Below are positions 1 to 9,042 of a stretch of DNA of 64,000 nucleotides, piece after piece (positions within the stretch are counted from its first letter, which is position 1; each line of letters begins with the position of its first letter). The notes under the pieces are model-generated. The model saw only the letters and a list, made by a program, of their open reading frames with translations. It did no database searches and had not been told where the DNA came from. A program made the translations under genes and the position numbers. The stretch lies in NCBI GenBank assembly GCA_963821325.1, contig CAWGDC010000001.1, forward strand, positions 450,178-514,177, given 5' to 3'. The DNA is from an uncultured Actinomycetes bacterium. GTDB taxonomy: Bacteria > Actinomycetota > Acidimicrobiia > IMCC26256 > PALSA-555.

Positions 1-1380
1 CGGCCTCGTCGATGAGCGCCAGGTCGGCTTCGGTCCAGGCGACGTCGCGCAGCCCGCGGTGACCGCTCCCGGACGAGCAGCGCCTGCTCGGCGTCGCTGA
101 GGATCCCGGCGGACGCCGATCGGACCAGCCCGGGGAACGAGCAGAGATCGTGGACGAGGTCCCCGCCGGTGAGCACGGGCCACATGCGCTCCAACGCGGC
201 GCGGATGTCGGGCAGCCGCCGGAGCCGGGCGTCGAGCTCGCGGTCCCAGTCGGCGTCGTCGGGCGCCGCGGCGCCGAGCGCGCGGCGGTACTGCGCGGCG
301 GAGGTTCTCGACCACCGCCCGGACGACGCCCGGCCGCTTGGCGTTGTGGGTGCCCCGCCGGCGGCGCGCCCGCTCGACGATGCGCTGCGACGTGGTGCGG
401 GACAGCCGCAGCACCGTCCCGTCGACCATGACCACGACGTCGCGGGCGAGCGGGTGCTCGCGGTCGCGCAGCGCCCGCTCGATCACGCGAGCCATCCGGG
501 GGTCGCCCTTCAAGCGAGCCGCTGCCGGGGTGTCCTCGGCGCGCACCGGGTAGGACGGCTTGACCCCCGCGAGGGTCGAGAGCTGCACGTCGCTCTCCCC
601 CAGCGACGGCAGCACCTGGTCGATGTAGCGGACGAAGATCGAGTTCGGCCCCACGAACAGCACACCTTGGCCGGCGAGGCGTCGCCGGTGCGTGTACAGG
701 AGATAGGCGGCGCGGTGCAGTGCCACGGCCGTCTTGCCGGTGCCCGGACCGCCGGCGACGATCAGCACTCCGGGCAGGGCGGCGCGGATCGCCTCGTCCT
801 GCTCGGCCTGGATGGTGGCGACGATGTCGCCCATCCGTCCGGTGCGGGCCCGATCGAGCGCCGCGAGCAGCGCGCCCTCGCCGAGCACGGTGAAGCCCGA
901 CGACACGGCCGCCGCCCGGTCGAACACCTCGTCGTCGATGCCGACGAGCTCCCGGCCGTCGCCGACGCGGGTGAGGAAGTGGCGACGCCGCACCACCCCC
1001 ATCGGGTCGGCGGCGGTCGCCCGGTAGAAGGGCTCCGACACCGGCGCCCGCCAGTCGACGATGAGCGGCACCTGCTCCTCGTCCATGACCGCCACCCGGC
1101 CGATGTAGAAGAGCCGCCCGTCGTCGCCGCGGCCGTCGGCAGCCAGGTCCAGACGGCCGAAGCACAGCGGCGCGGCGCCGATGTCGAGCGCCGCGAGCCG
1201 CCGGCGGGTGACGCCCTCGGCGACGTCTCGCTCGAGACGGGCCTGATGCGTCCCGCCGGCGCCCACCTCGGCGTAGCCGTCCGCGACCCGACGGGCCGCG
1301 GCTCGCATGGCCTCCAGGCGGTCGTAGGCGCGATCGACATACCGCTGTTCAGCCACGAGCTCAGGGTCGGCGGCAGACAA
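1..1380 (-). CDS. helD: HelD-like superfamily-1 helicase / RNAP-recycling ATPase, first ~460 codons (3' end runs off the window start); frame-disrupted as sequenced
   Basis: Not present as one ORF in the track. Minus-strand translation from TTG 1378-1380 gives LSAADPELVAEQRYVDRAYDRLEAM... Walker A VLIVAGGPGTGKT is encoded at 730-768. Later ...AAQYRRALGAAAPDDADWDRELD... and ...RGLRDVAWTEADLALIDEA lie in shifted frames (shifts near ~300 and ~61). Confidence 0.7.
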   Translation of the reverse strand, partial: MSAADPELVAEQRYVDRAYDRLEAMRAAARRVADGYAEVGAGGTHQARLERDVAEGVTRRRLAALDIGAAPLCFGRLDLAADGRGDDGRLFYIGRVAVMDEEQVPLIVDWRAPVSEPFYRATAADPMGVVRRRHFLTRVGDGRELVGIDDEVFDRAAAVSSGFTVLGEGALLAALDRARTGRMGDIVATIQAEQDEAIRAALPGVLIVAGGPGTGKTAVALHRAAYLLYTHRRRLAGQGVLFVGPNSIFVRYIDQVLPSLGESDVQLSTLAGVKPSYPVRAEDTPAAARLKGDPRMARVIERALRDREHPLARDVVVMVDGTVLRLSRTTSQRIVERARRRRGTHNAKRPGVVRAVVENLRRAVPPRARRRGARRRRLGPRARRPAPAAARHPRRVGAHVARAHRRGPRPRSLLVPRAGPIGVRRDPQRRRAGAARPGAVTAGCATSPGPKPTWRSSTRP

Positions 1381-1471
1381 CGCGGCGGGTGCTCTCGCTT
1401 CGGTTGCGAACAGGGGGACGACCACTCTATCGGCCGCCGTGCCCAAGGGGGTCGTCTCGCCGCGCGACTCC

Positions 1472-2103
1472 TCAGTCGGGTTGTGCCGCCGGCGCGGCGC
1501 CGACGTTCGGGGCGACCGTGTCGATCAGCGCGACGCGAGGGCCGAGCGCGAGCCCATCCGCGACGCGCTCGAGCCACACCCCGCCGAGGTTGGGGACCGG
1601 CCACGCGGGTGGACACCAGCTCGCCGACGACGGCGCGGATCAGCCCGCCGTGCGAGACGACGACGGCGACGTCGCCCGCGACGAGCGACGCGGCGGCGGC
1701 CCGCAACGCCGGCCAGCAGCGGGCCCGCACCGCGTCGTCACCCTCCCAGCCGGGCGGTCGTCGCCCATCGGTGAGCCACCCGGGGAACTGCTCGTCGATC
1801 TCCGCGCGCGTCAGACGCGGTCCAGGGCCCGACGTCGCGCTCTCGCAACCTCGCGTCCACGCGGACCGTCACGTCGCCAGGGGCGAGGAGCTCGGCGGTG
1901 CGCCGCGCCCGGGCGAGGTCCGAGGACCACACGGCGACCGCACCCGTCAGCGCGGGGGCCGCCTGGCGGGCCTGCCCCTCACCCGCCGGGCTGAGCGGCG
2001 GGTCGGCGCGGCCCTGCCAGCGCGCCTCGACGTTCCACGTCGACTGGCCATGGCGCAGGAGCAGCACACGCGCGACCGCCTCGGCGACGGGCGGGGTCCC
2101 CAT
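1472..2103 (-). CDS. histidine phosphatase family protein (phosphoglycerate-mutase-like); frame-disrupted twice as sequenced
   Basis: ORF 1738..2103 begins ...VLLLRHGQSTWN (RHG motif). The continuation RLTRAEIDEQFPGWL...VVVSHGGLIRAVV is in the frame of ORF 762..1730. The tail ...PNLGGVWLERVADG...AAQPD-stop (TGA 1472-1474) is in the third frame. Shifts lie near ~1815 and ~1595. Confidence 0.7.
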
Positions 2104-2188
2104 CCGCCGGACGGTAGCGGCCGCGCCGATGACCCCGACGGCGTGGCGTCCGCGAGGGTTCGGGCCCGGCGCGACGGGTCCGGTCCCG

Positions 2189-3005
2189 CTACGCGTGTCG
2201 CGGCCGGTTGGTCCAGGTGCCCTCGAGCGTCCGGAACCACCCGCCAGCCGCGAACGTCCCGCCGTCGGCGTGCACCGTCGTGCCGGTCACGAACGCCGAC
2301 AGATCGGACGCGAGAAACAGGGCGACGCCCGCCAGATCGTCGGGTGTGCCGAACCGGCCGAGGGGCACCCACAGCGGCACGAGCGGTGCGTCGTCGGGCC
2401 GCACCCAGCTCGAGTACGGCACCTGCAGCGTCTCGGTGACGTCGGGCGCGATCGCGTTCGACCCGGATCCCGTGCTGGGCGTACTCGAGCGCCAGGCTCT
2501 TCGTCAGCCCGGTGATCCCTGCCTTGAACGCCGCGTAGACGGCCCGCGTCGGGATGCCTCGGAACGCCTCGATCGTCGACACGTTCACGATCGCCCCGGC
2601 ACCCTGCTCGACCATCGGGCCGAGCACGGCGCGGCTGGTCAGCAGCACGTGCTCGAGGTTCACGCGGTACAGGTCGAGCCACTCCTCCGGCGTGGACTCG
2701 TGGAACGGCTTGCGCGCCCCGCCGTAGTGGCCGACGTTGTTCACGAGCACGTCGACGCGGCCGGCGACCTCGATGGTCGCCGCGACCACGCGGGCGACGT
2801 CGTCCGCCTCCCGCACGTCGGCGACCACGGACTGCACCGTCCCACCCCGCCCCAGGATCGCCGCCGCGGTCTCCTCGGCCCGCCCCGCGTCGATCTCGGC
2901 CACCGTCACGGCCGCACCCTCGGTCGCGAACCGCTCGGCGATCCCCCGCCCGATCCCGCCGCCACCGCCGGTGACGATCGCCGTCTTCCCGTCGAGGAGC
3001 GCCAC
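2189..3005 (-). CDS. short-chain dehydrogenase/reductase (SDR) family oxidoreductase; one frame disruption as sequenced
   Basis: The N-terminal part lies inside ORF 1947..3980 ([26 protein letters not shown]..., [13 protein letters not shown]). The C-terminal part is ORF 2189..2422 ([34 protein letters not shown]). GTG 3003-3005 is taken as start (uncertain). One extra base lies near ~2460 at the GIRV/NAIAPDV junction. Confidence 0.8.
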
Positions 3006-3041
3006 CTCCCCGAGCCTACGAGCCCGGGTAGGTTGACCCCC

Positions 3042-4082
3042 GTGGGCACCGACGCGACCCTCGTCGACGACGACCGCGAGGTGACGGTCGAGGCAACCCC
3101 GACCGGGGACACCCTCCTCGTCGCGGCGGACGACCTCGCTCGCGAGACCGGATGGACGCTGCGGCCCGCAGGGCTGTGCCGAGCGAACGTCTGCGTCCCC
3201 GTCCGCGACCGCGATGCGCTCGTGACCGACGAGGGCATCGACGTGCGGGCCTTCGGCGCCGCGATCGGCCGTCCCGTCGCCGTGGAACCCGACGTCGGCG
3301 TCGCCGTCCTCGGCGCCGCACCGACCGAGGTCCAGGCCCGCCTCGACGCGCGCACCGCCCCGCCGTTCACGCTGCCCGACCTCGACGGCCACCCCGTCTC
3401 GCTCGACGACTTCGCCGGCCGCAAACGACTGCTCATCGCCTGGGCCTCGTGGTGAGGCTGCCGATGGGACCTGCCCGTGTGGCAGGAGCTGCACGATGAG
3501 CTGGCCGCGACCGGCCTGGTGATGCTCGCCGTCGCGCTCGACGAGGACGCGGACGCCGTCCGGCAGTGGGCCCGGGATGAGTCGCCGGTCCCGCTGACCT
3601 ACCCGGTGCTGCTCGACCGTGACCACCTCGTCGCGGAGCGGTACGGGATCCTGAACATCCCGACGACGGTCTGGATCGACGAGGCCGGCACCATCGTCCG
3701 ACCGCCCGCCATCGCGCCCGCCGACGACCGGTTCAAGGACTTCACCCAGATCGAGTCGGCCGTGCACCACGAGGCGCTGCGCCGCTGGGTGCACGACGAC
3801 GTCGCGCCCATGACCGCTGCGGAGATCCACGACCGCCTTATCCCGGCCGACGACGCCGAGCAGCAAGCGCGCGCCGAACGCCGCCTCGCCGTGCACCTGC
3901 TGCGGGCCGGACATCGCGACGCCGCCGACCGTCACCTCGCGGCGGCGATGGAGCTCGCGCCCGGCGACTGGACCATCCACCGCGGGTCGATGCCCCTGCG
4001 CGGGGAGGACCCCTTCGGTCAGGCCTTCTTCGACTACTACCAGACCTGGGAAGCCGCGGGACGACCCGGCTACGGGGCGTGA
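3042..4082 (+). CDS. ResA/TlpA-like thioredoxin-fold protein with in-frame TGA at the redox motif (WASW-U-GC); candidate selenoprotein
   Basis: GTG 3042 is in the same frame as ORF 2208..3455 (tail ...APPFTLPDLDGHPVSLDDFAGRKRLLIAWASW-stop) and ORF 3477..4082 (WQELHDELAATGLVMLAVALDED...ILNIPTTVWIDEAGTIV). Only TGA 3453-3455 plus 7 sense codons separate them. The protein has a thioredoxin-fold layout and a helical TPR-like C-terminal tail. Confidence 0.7.
3453..3455 (+). other. in-frame UGA, candidate selenocysteine codon
   Basis: The TGA sits where TlpA/ResA-type proteins carry the first redox Cys. Both flanking ORFs share the same frame (3042, 2208 and 3477 are all 0 mod 3). Confidence 0.6.
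3470..3486 (+). promoter_or_regulatory. candidate SECIS-like hairpin downstream of the UGA
   Basis: Perfect 6-bp stem CCTGCC/GGCAGG with 5-nt loop CGTGT, starting 14 nt after the TGA. An alternative pairing of CTGCC (3458-3462) with GGCAG is possible. No covariance model was run. Confidence 0.45.
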
Positions 4083-4951
4083 ACGCCGAGGTCGTCACCA
4101 CCGGCATCCGGTTCCCGGAAGGCCCGGTGTTCTGCCCCGACCCGGATGGTGGGCCGGGCACGCTGGTGTGCACCAGCGTCGCCGACGGCGCCGTCGAACG
4201 CGTGCACCTGGCCGACGGCCGAGTCGAGCGGATCGCGACCGTCGGCGGCGGCGCGAACGCGGCCTACGCCGCGGACGACGGCGGCTTCCTCGTCACCCAG
4301 AACGGCGGGATCGACTTCGCCAGCACGAACCTGTATCCCGACCCGCCGCCGTACCAGCCGGTGACACCCGGGGTGCAGCGCGTCCGTCCCGACGGGTCGG
4401 TGCACTACGTCGCCGACGGCGAGTTCCTCGCCCCGAACGACCTGGTCGTCGCGGCGGACGGCACGCTGTGGTTCACCGACCCGCCACCGTTCCCACCGAC
4501 GGGCGCGCCCCGCGGCCGCATACACACGATGACACCCGACGGCACCACCACCACGGTCGCCACCGGCTTCATCTACTGCAACGGCATCGCCCTCGAACCC
4601 GACGGCACACCCGTCGTCGTCGAGGACCGCGGCCTGCTCCGGCTCGTGGACGGCGAGCGGGCGTGGATCGTCGAGGAGCTGCCCGGAGGCAGCGGCGACG
4701 GCCTCTGCGTCGACGTCGACGGTCGGCTCTACGTGGCCAACACGGCCGCGCACGGCGTGCGCGTCCTCGAGCCGGACGGCCAGGAGGTCGAGTTCCTCGC
4801 CCTCGACGGCCGCGGGGTCACCACCAACTGCTGCTTCGGCGGCACCGACGGCCGCACCCTCTTCGCCACCGACGGGCTCCCCGGCCACATCGTCGCCTGG
4901 GAGGGGCTGCCCACCCCGGGCCTGCCCCTGCACCCCTGGCCGAGCCCCTGA
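4079..4951 (+). CDS. SMP-30/gluconolactonase/LRE-like beta-propeller protein
   Basis: ORF 4079..4951 contains GIRFPEGPV, LWFTDPP, LYVAN and LFATD propeller-blade-like motifs. The GTG start overlaps the upstream stop (GTGA). Confidence 0.8.
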   Translation: MNAEVVTTGIRFPEGPVFCPDPDGGPGTLVCTSVADGAVERVHLADGRVERIATVGGGANAAYAADDGGFLVTQNGGIDFASTNLYPDPPPYQPVTPGVQRVRPDGSVHYVADGEFLAPNDLVVAADGTLWFTDPPPFPPTGAPRGRIHTMTPDGTTTTVATGFIYCNGIALEPDGTPVVVEDRGLLRLVDGERAWIVEELPGGSGDGLCVDVDGRLYVANTAAHGVRVLEPDGQEVEFLALDGRGVTTNCCFGGTDGRTLFATDGLPGHIVAWEGLPTPGLPLHPWPSP

Positions 4952-4990
4952 TACGTTCGGCACGAGCCGAGCGAGCAGGGAGCACACCAC

Positions 4991-6067
4991 ATGCGCGCAG
5001 CCATCTTCGTGGAACCAGACGGCGACCTCGTCGTCGAGGACGTCAAGGCCACCGACCCGGGGCCCCGCGACGCGGTGATCCGCATCACCGCGAGCGGCGT
5101 CTGCCACTCCGACCTGTCGGTCATCAACGGCACGCTGCCCATGCCGCCGCCGGCCATCCTCGGCCACGAGGGCACCGGCATCGTCGAGTCGGTCGGCGAC
5201 GAGGTCTCCCGCGTCAAGCCCGGTGACCGGGTCATCGGCACGTTCATCCCGGCGTGCGGGGTGTGCTGGTTCTGTCGAAACCAGCAGACCAACCTGTGCG
5301 AGCAGACCTACGCCGTGATGGGCACCATGCGAGCCACCCGCAGCGACGGCACGCCCCTCCCGACCATGACCGGGCTCGGCACCTTCGCCGACACCATGAC
5401 CTGCGACGAGATCTCGCTCGTCAAGGTCGAGACCGACCTACCCGACGAGCAGCTCGCGCTCATCGGCTGCGGTGTCACCACCGGTGTAGGCGCGGCCCTC
5501 AACACCGCGAAGGTCGTGCCCGGCTCGACCGTCGCGGTCGTCGGCTGCGGCGGCGTCGGCCAGGCCGTCATCCAGGGCGCCCGGATCGCCGGCGCGGCGC
5601 GCATCATCGCCATCGACCCCGTCGAGCTGAAGCGCACGACCGCCCTGCAGCTCGGCGCCACCGACACGATCGACCCGACCGCCGGTGACCCGGCCGCCCA
5701 GGTCCAAGCCCTGACAAGCGGCCGCGGCGCCGACTACGCGTTCGAGGTCATCGGGAACCCCGCCACCGTCCGCCAGGCGTTCGACATGACCCGACCCGGT
5801 GGTGCGTGCATCGTCGTCGGCGTCCCCCGCTTCGACCAGAACTTCGAGCTGCCCAGCATGCCGCTCGTCCTCCAGGAGAAGCGGCTGCTCGGCACCGTGT
5901 ACGGGTCCGCGCAGGTCAACCGCGACTTCCCACGTCTCATCGGGCTCGTCGAGTCGGGCAAGCTCGACCTCGGCGACATGGTCTCGCGCCGGATGGGCCT
6001 GAACGACATCAACGACGCGTTCAAGGCGATGCAGGCCGGCGAGGTCATCCGCAGCGTCATCCAGTGA
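4991..6067 (+). CDS. zinc-dependent alcohol dehydrogenase family protein
   Basis: ORF 4991..6067 contains GVCHSDL, GHEGTGIVESVG, the structural-zinc motif CGVCWFCR, and the NAD fold VAVVGCGGVGQ. Confidence 0.9.
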   Translation: MRAAIFVEPDGDLVVEDVKATDPGPRDAVIRITASGVCHSDLSVINGTLPMPPPAILGHEGTGIVESVGDEVSRVKPGDRVIGTFIPACGVCWFCRNQQTNLCEQTYAVMGTMRATRSDGTPLPTMTGLGTFADTMTCDEISLVKVETDLPDEQLALIGCGVTTGVGAALNTAKVVPGSTVAVVGCGGVGQAVIQGARIAGAARIIAIDPVELKRTTALQLGATDTIDPTAGDPAAQVQALTSGRGADYAFEVIGNPATVRQAFDMTRPGGACIVVGVPRFDQNFELPSMPLVLQEKRLLGTVYGSAQVNRDFPRLIGLVESGKLDLGDMVSRRMGLNDINDAFKAMQAGEVIRSVIQ

Positions 6068-6074
6068 CCGCGGG

Positions 6075-6794
6075 TCAGGTCGCGAGGCCGTAGAACCCCT
6101 CGGCGAGCCGCCCGTCGGGCCACCCGGCCAGCTTCGCGTTGCCCGCCAGCCAGCCGCGGATCATCGGTTCGAGCGCGTCCGGGTTCGCGTGCTGCGAGAC
6201 GTGGCAGCGCAGCGCCTCCACCTTGCGGTCGAACACGTCGGTCACGTCCACGAACCGGTTCGGCTCGCTCATCGCCGCCATCAGCCACACCTCCCCGACC
6301 GACCACGGCTCGAGCTGCTCGTCGGCGAGCAGCTCGGGATGCGCGAACGGGTTCCGCGAATCGGGGTAGACGGCGCACAGCAGGGCCTCACCGGCAGCGA
6401 GGTGATCGGGGTGGCTGGCAAAGATCCGCTGGTAGTTCCGGTCGGGGGACTGCGCCACGACGCGCTGCGGCCGCGTCTGGCGGATCACCCGGGACAGGTC
6501 GCGCCGCAGCTCCAGCGTGACCTCGAGCCGCCCGTCCGGGTAGCCGAGGAACACGATGTCTTCGACCCCGACCGTCTTCGCGGCGGCGGTCTGCTCAACC
6601 TGGCGGATCTCGGCCATCTCGGCGCGGGAGATGCTCGGGTCGAACCCGCCCGCCGCGCCGTCGGTCACGATGCAGTACGTGACGTCCTTGCCGGCATCGG
6701 TCCACGTCGCGACGCTGCCAGCCGCACCGAAATCGACGTCGTCCGGGTGGGCGGACACGACCAGGACGCGTTCGACGTCGTCGTCTCCGGGCAC
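6075..6794 (-). CDS. PIG-L/LmbE family deacetylase
   Basis: ORF 6075..6794 contains VLVVSAHPDDVDFGAAG (AHPDD motif) and ...HPDH... Confidence 0.85.
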   Translation of the reverse strand: MPGDDDVERVLVVSAHPDDVDFGAAGSVATWTDAGKDVTYCIVTDGAAGGFDPSISRAEMAEIRQVEQTAAAKTVGVEDIVFLGYPDGRLEVTLELRRDLSRVIRQTRPQRVVAQSPDRNYQRIFASHPDHLAAGEALLCAVYPDSRNPFAHPELLADEQLEPWSVGEVWLMAAMSEPNRFVDVTDVFDRKVEALRCHVSQHANPDALEPMIRGWLAGNAKLAGWPDGRLAEGFYGLAT

Positions 6795-6866
6795 GCACCG
6801 ACCCTATCGCCTCGCCCGGAGATTCCGGCGCGACCGCGCGACGCCGACGACAGGTAGCGTCACGCC

Positions 6867-7268
6867 GTGCTGCCGGTCTCGTGGACCACGATCCGACTGT
6901 TCCTCCATGTCAGCGCGACGACCGTGTGGGTCGGCGGCCAGCTCACCCTGGCGGGGATCGTGCCCAGCCTGCGACGGATCTCCCCCACTGCGCCGCGCAC
7001 GGTGGCGCGACTCTTCAGCGCGATCGCCTGGCCGGCGTACGCGCTGCTCGTCGCGACGGGGATCTGGAACGTTCTCGCCGTGCACGTCGACTGGTCCAGC
7101 AGCTACGGCACCACGCTCATCGTGAAACTCGCCGTCGTCGGCATCTCCGGCCTCACCGCGCTGCTGCACAGCCGGTCACGGTCGCGGACCGGCCTGGCCG
7201 TCTTCGGGGCGCTGAGCGGGCTGAGCGCGCTCGCCGCCCTGTTCCTCGGGATCCTGCTCGCCGGCTGA
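6867..7268 (+). CDS. small integral membrane protein (about 4 TM helices; CopD-like by feel only)
   Basis: ORF 6867..7268 has four hydrophobic stretches (LFLHVSATTVWVGGQL, AWPAYALLVATGIW, IVKLAVVGISGLTALL, LSGLSALAALFLGILLA). The family was not confidently recognised. Confidence 0.6.
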   Translation: MLPVSWTTIRLFLHVSATTVWVGGQLTLAGIVPSLRRISPTAPRTVARLFSAIAWPAYALLVATGIWNVLAVHVDWSSSYGTTLIVKLAVVGISGLTALLHSRSRSRTGLAVFGALSGLSALAALFLGILLAG

Positions 7269-7274
7269 CCCGGC

Positions 7275-7775
7275 TCAGAAGACGGGGTTGCCGTACATCT
7301 CACCGAGCGGGTCGCTGATCAGCTCGACGCGGGCGCCGTCCGGGTCCCGGAAGTACAACGACGACGAGATGCACTCGGTCTCGATCCCCGCCTGCTCGAG
7401 GCGCTCGCGCTGCTCCCGCCACCGCTCCGGCGGAACGGAGATCGCGAGGTGGTGCAGCCCGCCCAGCACCTCGGCATACGGGCCGAGGGCCAGGTTCGGG
7501 AAGTCGAAGAACGCGAGCGCGTTGCCGTTCCCGATGTCGAAGAAGAAGTGGGTGGATCCCGGGGAGTCGCGGTTCTCGAACAGCTCGGTGAGCGGGAAGC
7601 CGAGCAGCTCCTGGTAGAAGCGGATTGTCCGCTCGACGTCCTGGCTCAGCAGCGCGACGTGGTGCACGCCGCGGGCCGACGTCGCCGGCCGGTCGGCGCG
7701 CGGCCGCAGGTACCGCTGGCGGAGGTCCTGCCACTCGTGCTCACGGGACCCTCGCGCGACGTCCGCCTGGCTCAT
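7275..7775 (-). CDS. VOC (glyoxalase/bleomycin-resistance/dioxygenase) family protein
   Basis: This is the last 166 codons of ORF 7275..7982, from ATG 7773-7775: VHHVALLSQDVERTIRFYQELLGFP...HLAISV...LYFRDPDGARVEL. The ATG overlaps the upstream stop (ATGA). The Arg/Pro-rich 5' extension of the ORF was discarded. Confidence 0.85.
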   Translation of the reverse strand: MSQADVARGSREHEWQDLRQRYLRPRADRPATSARGVHHVALLSQDVERTIRFYQELLGFPLTELFENRDSPGSTHFFFDIGNGNALAFFDFPNLALGPYAEVLGGLHHLAISVPPERWREQRERLEQAGIETECISSSLYFRDPDGARVELISDPLGEMYGNPVF

Positions 7776-8956
7776 GCAGGCCGCCGGGCGGTCAACGCGA
7801 CGGCGTTGTCCCGCAGGACGAGCCGCCGGGACTCGGCGTCGAGCTCCTTGAGCTCGGCGACGTAGTCGAGCGGCCGCGGCATGCCTTCGATGTGGGGCCA
7901 GTCGGAGCCGAAGATGACCCGGTCGGCGCCCATGAGGTCGACGATCTGGTACGGGTCGTCCTCCCAGAACGGGTTGATCCACACGTGGCGGCGAAACGTC
8001 TCGGCGGGATCCTCCGGGAAGTAGCCGGGCATCTTGCGGCGCGTGGACGCCAGCTTGTGGAACAGGTCGGGCAGGAACTCCGAGCCGTTCTCGACGGACG
8101 CGACGCGGACGTTCGGGAACCGGTCGAAGAGCCGGTCGAACGCCAGGGTCAGGAGGAAGTCGTACGCCGCCCGCTCGATGGCGAGCTGCTTGATCGAGGG
8201 TCGGCCGGCGCCCTCGAACGTGGCGGCGAACCCGTCTTTGGCGTAGCCCTGCGACGAGTACCCGCTGTCGCCGGCGTGCACCACGACGGTGATGCCCGCC
8301 TCGTTGGCCCGGGCCCAGAACGGGTCGAACGTCGGGTCGGTCGGTGGCAGCTGCCCGGCCGCGGTGACGGGCGCGGCGGGTCGCATCACGACGGTGCGGG
8401 CGTCACGGCTGAGGGCCCACTCGAGCTCCCGCACGGCCCAGTCGACGTCACAGAGGGAGATGTAGGGCGCGGCGTAGATCCGGTTGTGGTAGTTGCAGCC
8501 CCAGTCCTCGTCGAGCCAGCGGTTGAACGCCGTGAACGTGAGGGTTACCGCCTCGGGGTCGTCCTTGAGCAGCTCCTCGTACAGGATCCCGAGGGTCGGG
8601 AACAGCCACACCGATTCGAGACCGAACTCGTCGAGCGTCGCGAGCCGCGCGTCCCGGTCCCGGTACTCCGGACGGATGGGCTCTCGGGCCCGCAGGAACT
8701 CGAGCGGCGACTTCGAGTCGGGGTTGCCGCGGAAGTAGTCGTGGAGCGCCCCCGCCTTCGCGACCGGGTCGAACGTCGGGTTCACGACGGCATGACTGAC
8801 GCGGCCGCCAACGACGTGGTAGCGGCGTCCGTCGATCTCCGCCCACTGCACGCACCTCGGTCCGAGCCGCGGATCGAGGTGCCGGGTGAACGCGTCGAGC
8901 GCCTCGTAGTAGTGGTTGTCGGCGTCGAAGGCGAGGTAGTCCAGGTCCACGGGCAC
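7772..8956 (-). CDS. metal-dependent amidohydrolase (amidohydrolase_2 / ACMSD-like) family protein
   Basis: ORF 7772..9064 was trimmed to GTG 8954-8956: VPVDLDYLAFDADNHYYE...VVHAGDSGY...IFGSDWPHIEG. Confidence 0.8.
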   Translation of the reverse strand: MPVDLDYLAFDADNHYYEALDAFTRHLDPRLGPRCVQWAEIDGRRYHVVGGRVSHAVVNPTFDPVAKAGALHDYFRGNPDSKSPLEFLRAREPIRPEYRDRDARLATLDEFGLESVWLFPTLGILYEELLKDDPEAVTLTFTAFNRWLDEDWGCNYHNRIYAAPYISLCDVDWAVRELEWALSRDARTVVMRPAAPVTAAGQLPPTDPTFDPFWARANEAGITVVVHAGDSGYSSQGYAKDGFAATFEGAGRPSIKQLAIERAAYDFLLTLAFDRLFDRFPNVRVASVENGSEFLPDLFHKLASTRRKMPGYFPEDPAETFRRHVWINPFWEDDPYQIVDLMGADRVIFGSDWPHIEGMPRPLDYVAELKELDAESRRLVLRDNAVALTARRPA

Positions 8957-9042
8957 CCAGCGTAGAGCAGCCTCGCGGCTGGTCGACCGCCCGACCACCG
9001 CCGCAGCCGCGGGAGAGGTGGTAGACCTCACCGCCGCACGAG

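Noticed and set aside
169-2439. 756-codon plus-strand ORF, the longest ORF at the left end
   Set aside because: Its composition is extreme Arg/Ala/Gly/Pro with no recognisable motifs. It runs antisense to three well-supported minus-strand genes (helD-like, histidine phosphatase, SDR). This is a typical shadow ORF of high-G+C DNA.
3453-3455. The TGA splitting the ResA-like gene as just another assembly error or a pseudogene
   Set aside because: All other disruptions in the window are frameshifts, whereas this is an in-frame stop. It lies exactly at the redox Cys/Sec column of a motif that matches WAxxUGC, and a hairpin follows it. A substitution error cannot be excluded without reads, so this point is kept as the refutation test of the finding.
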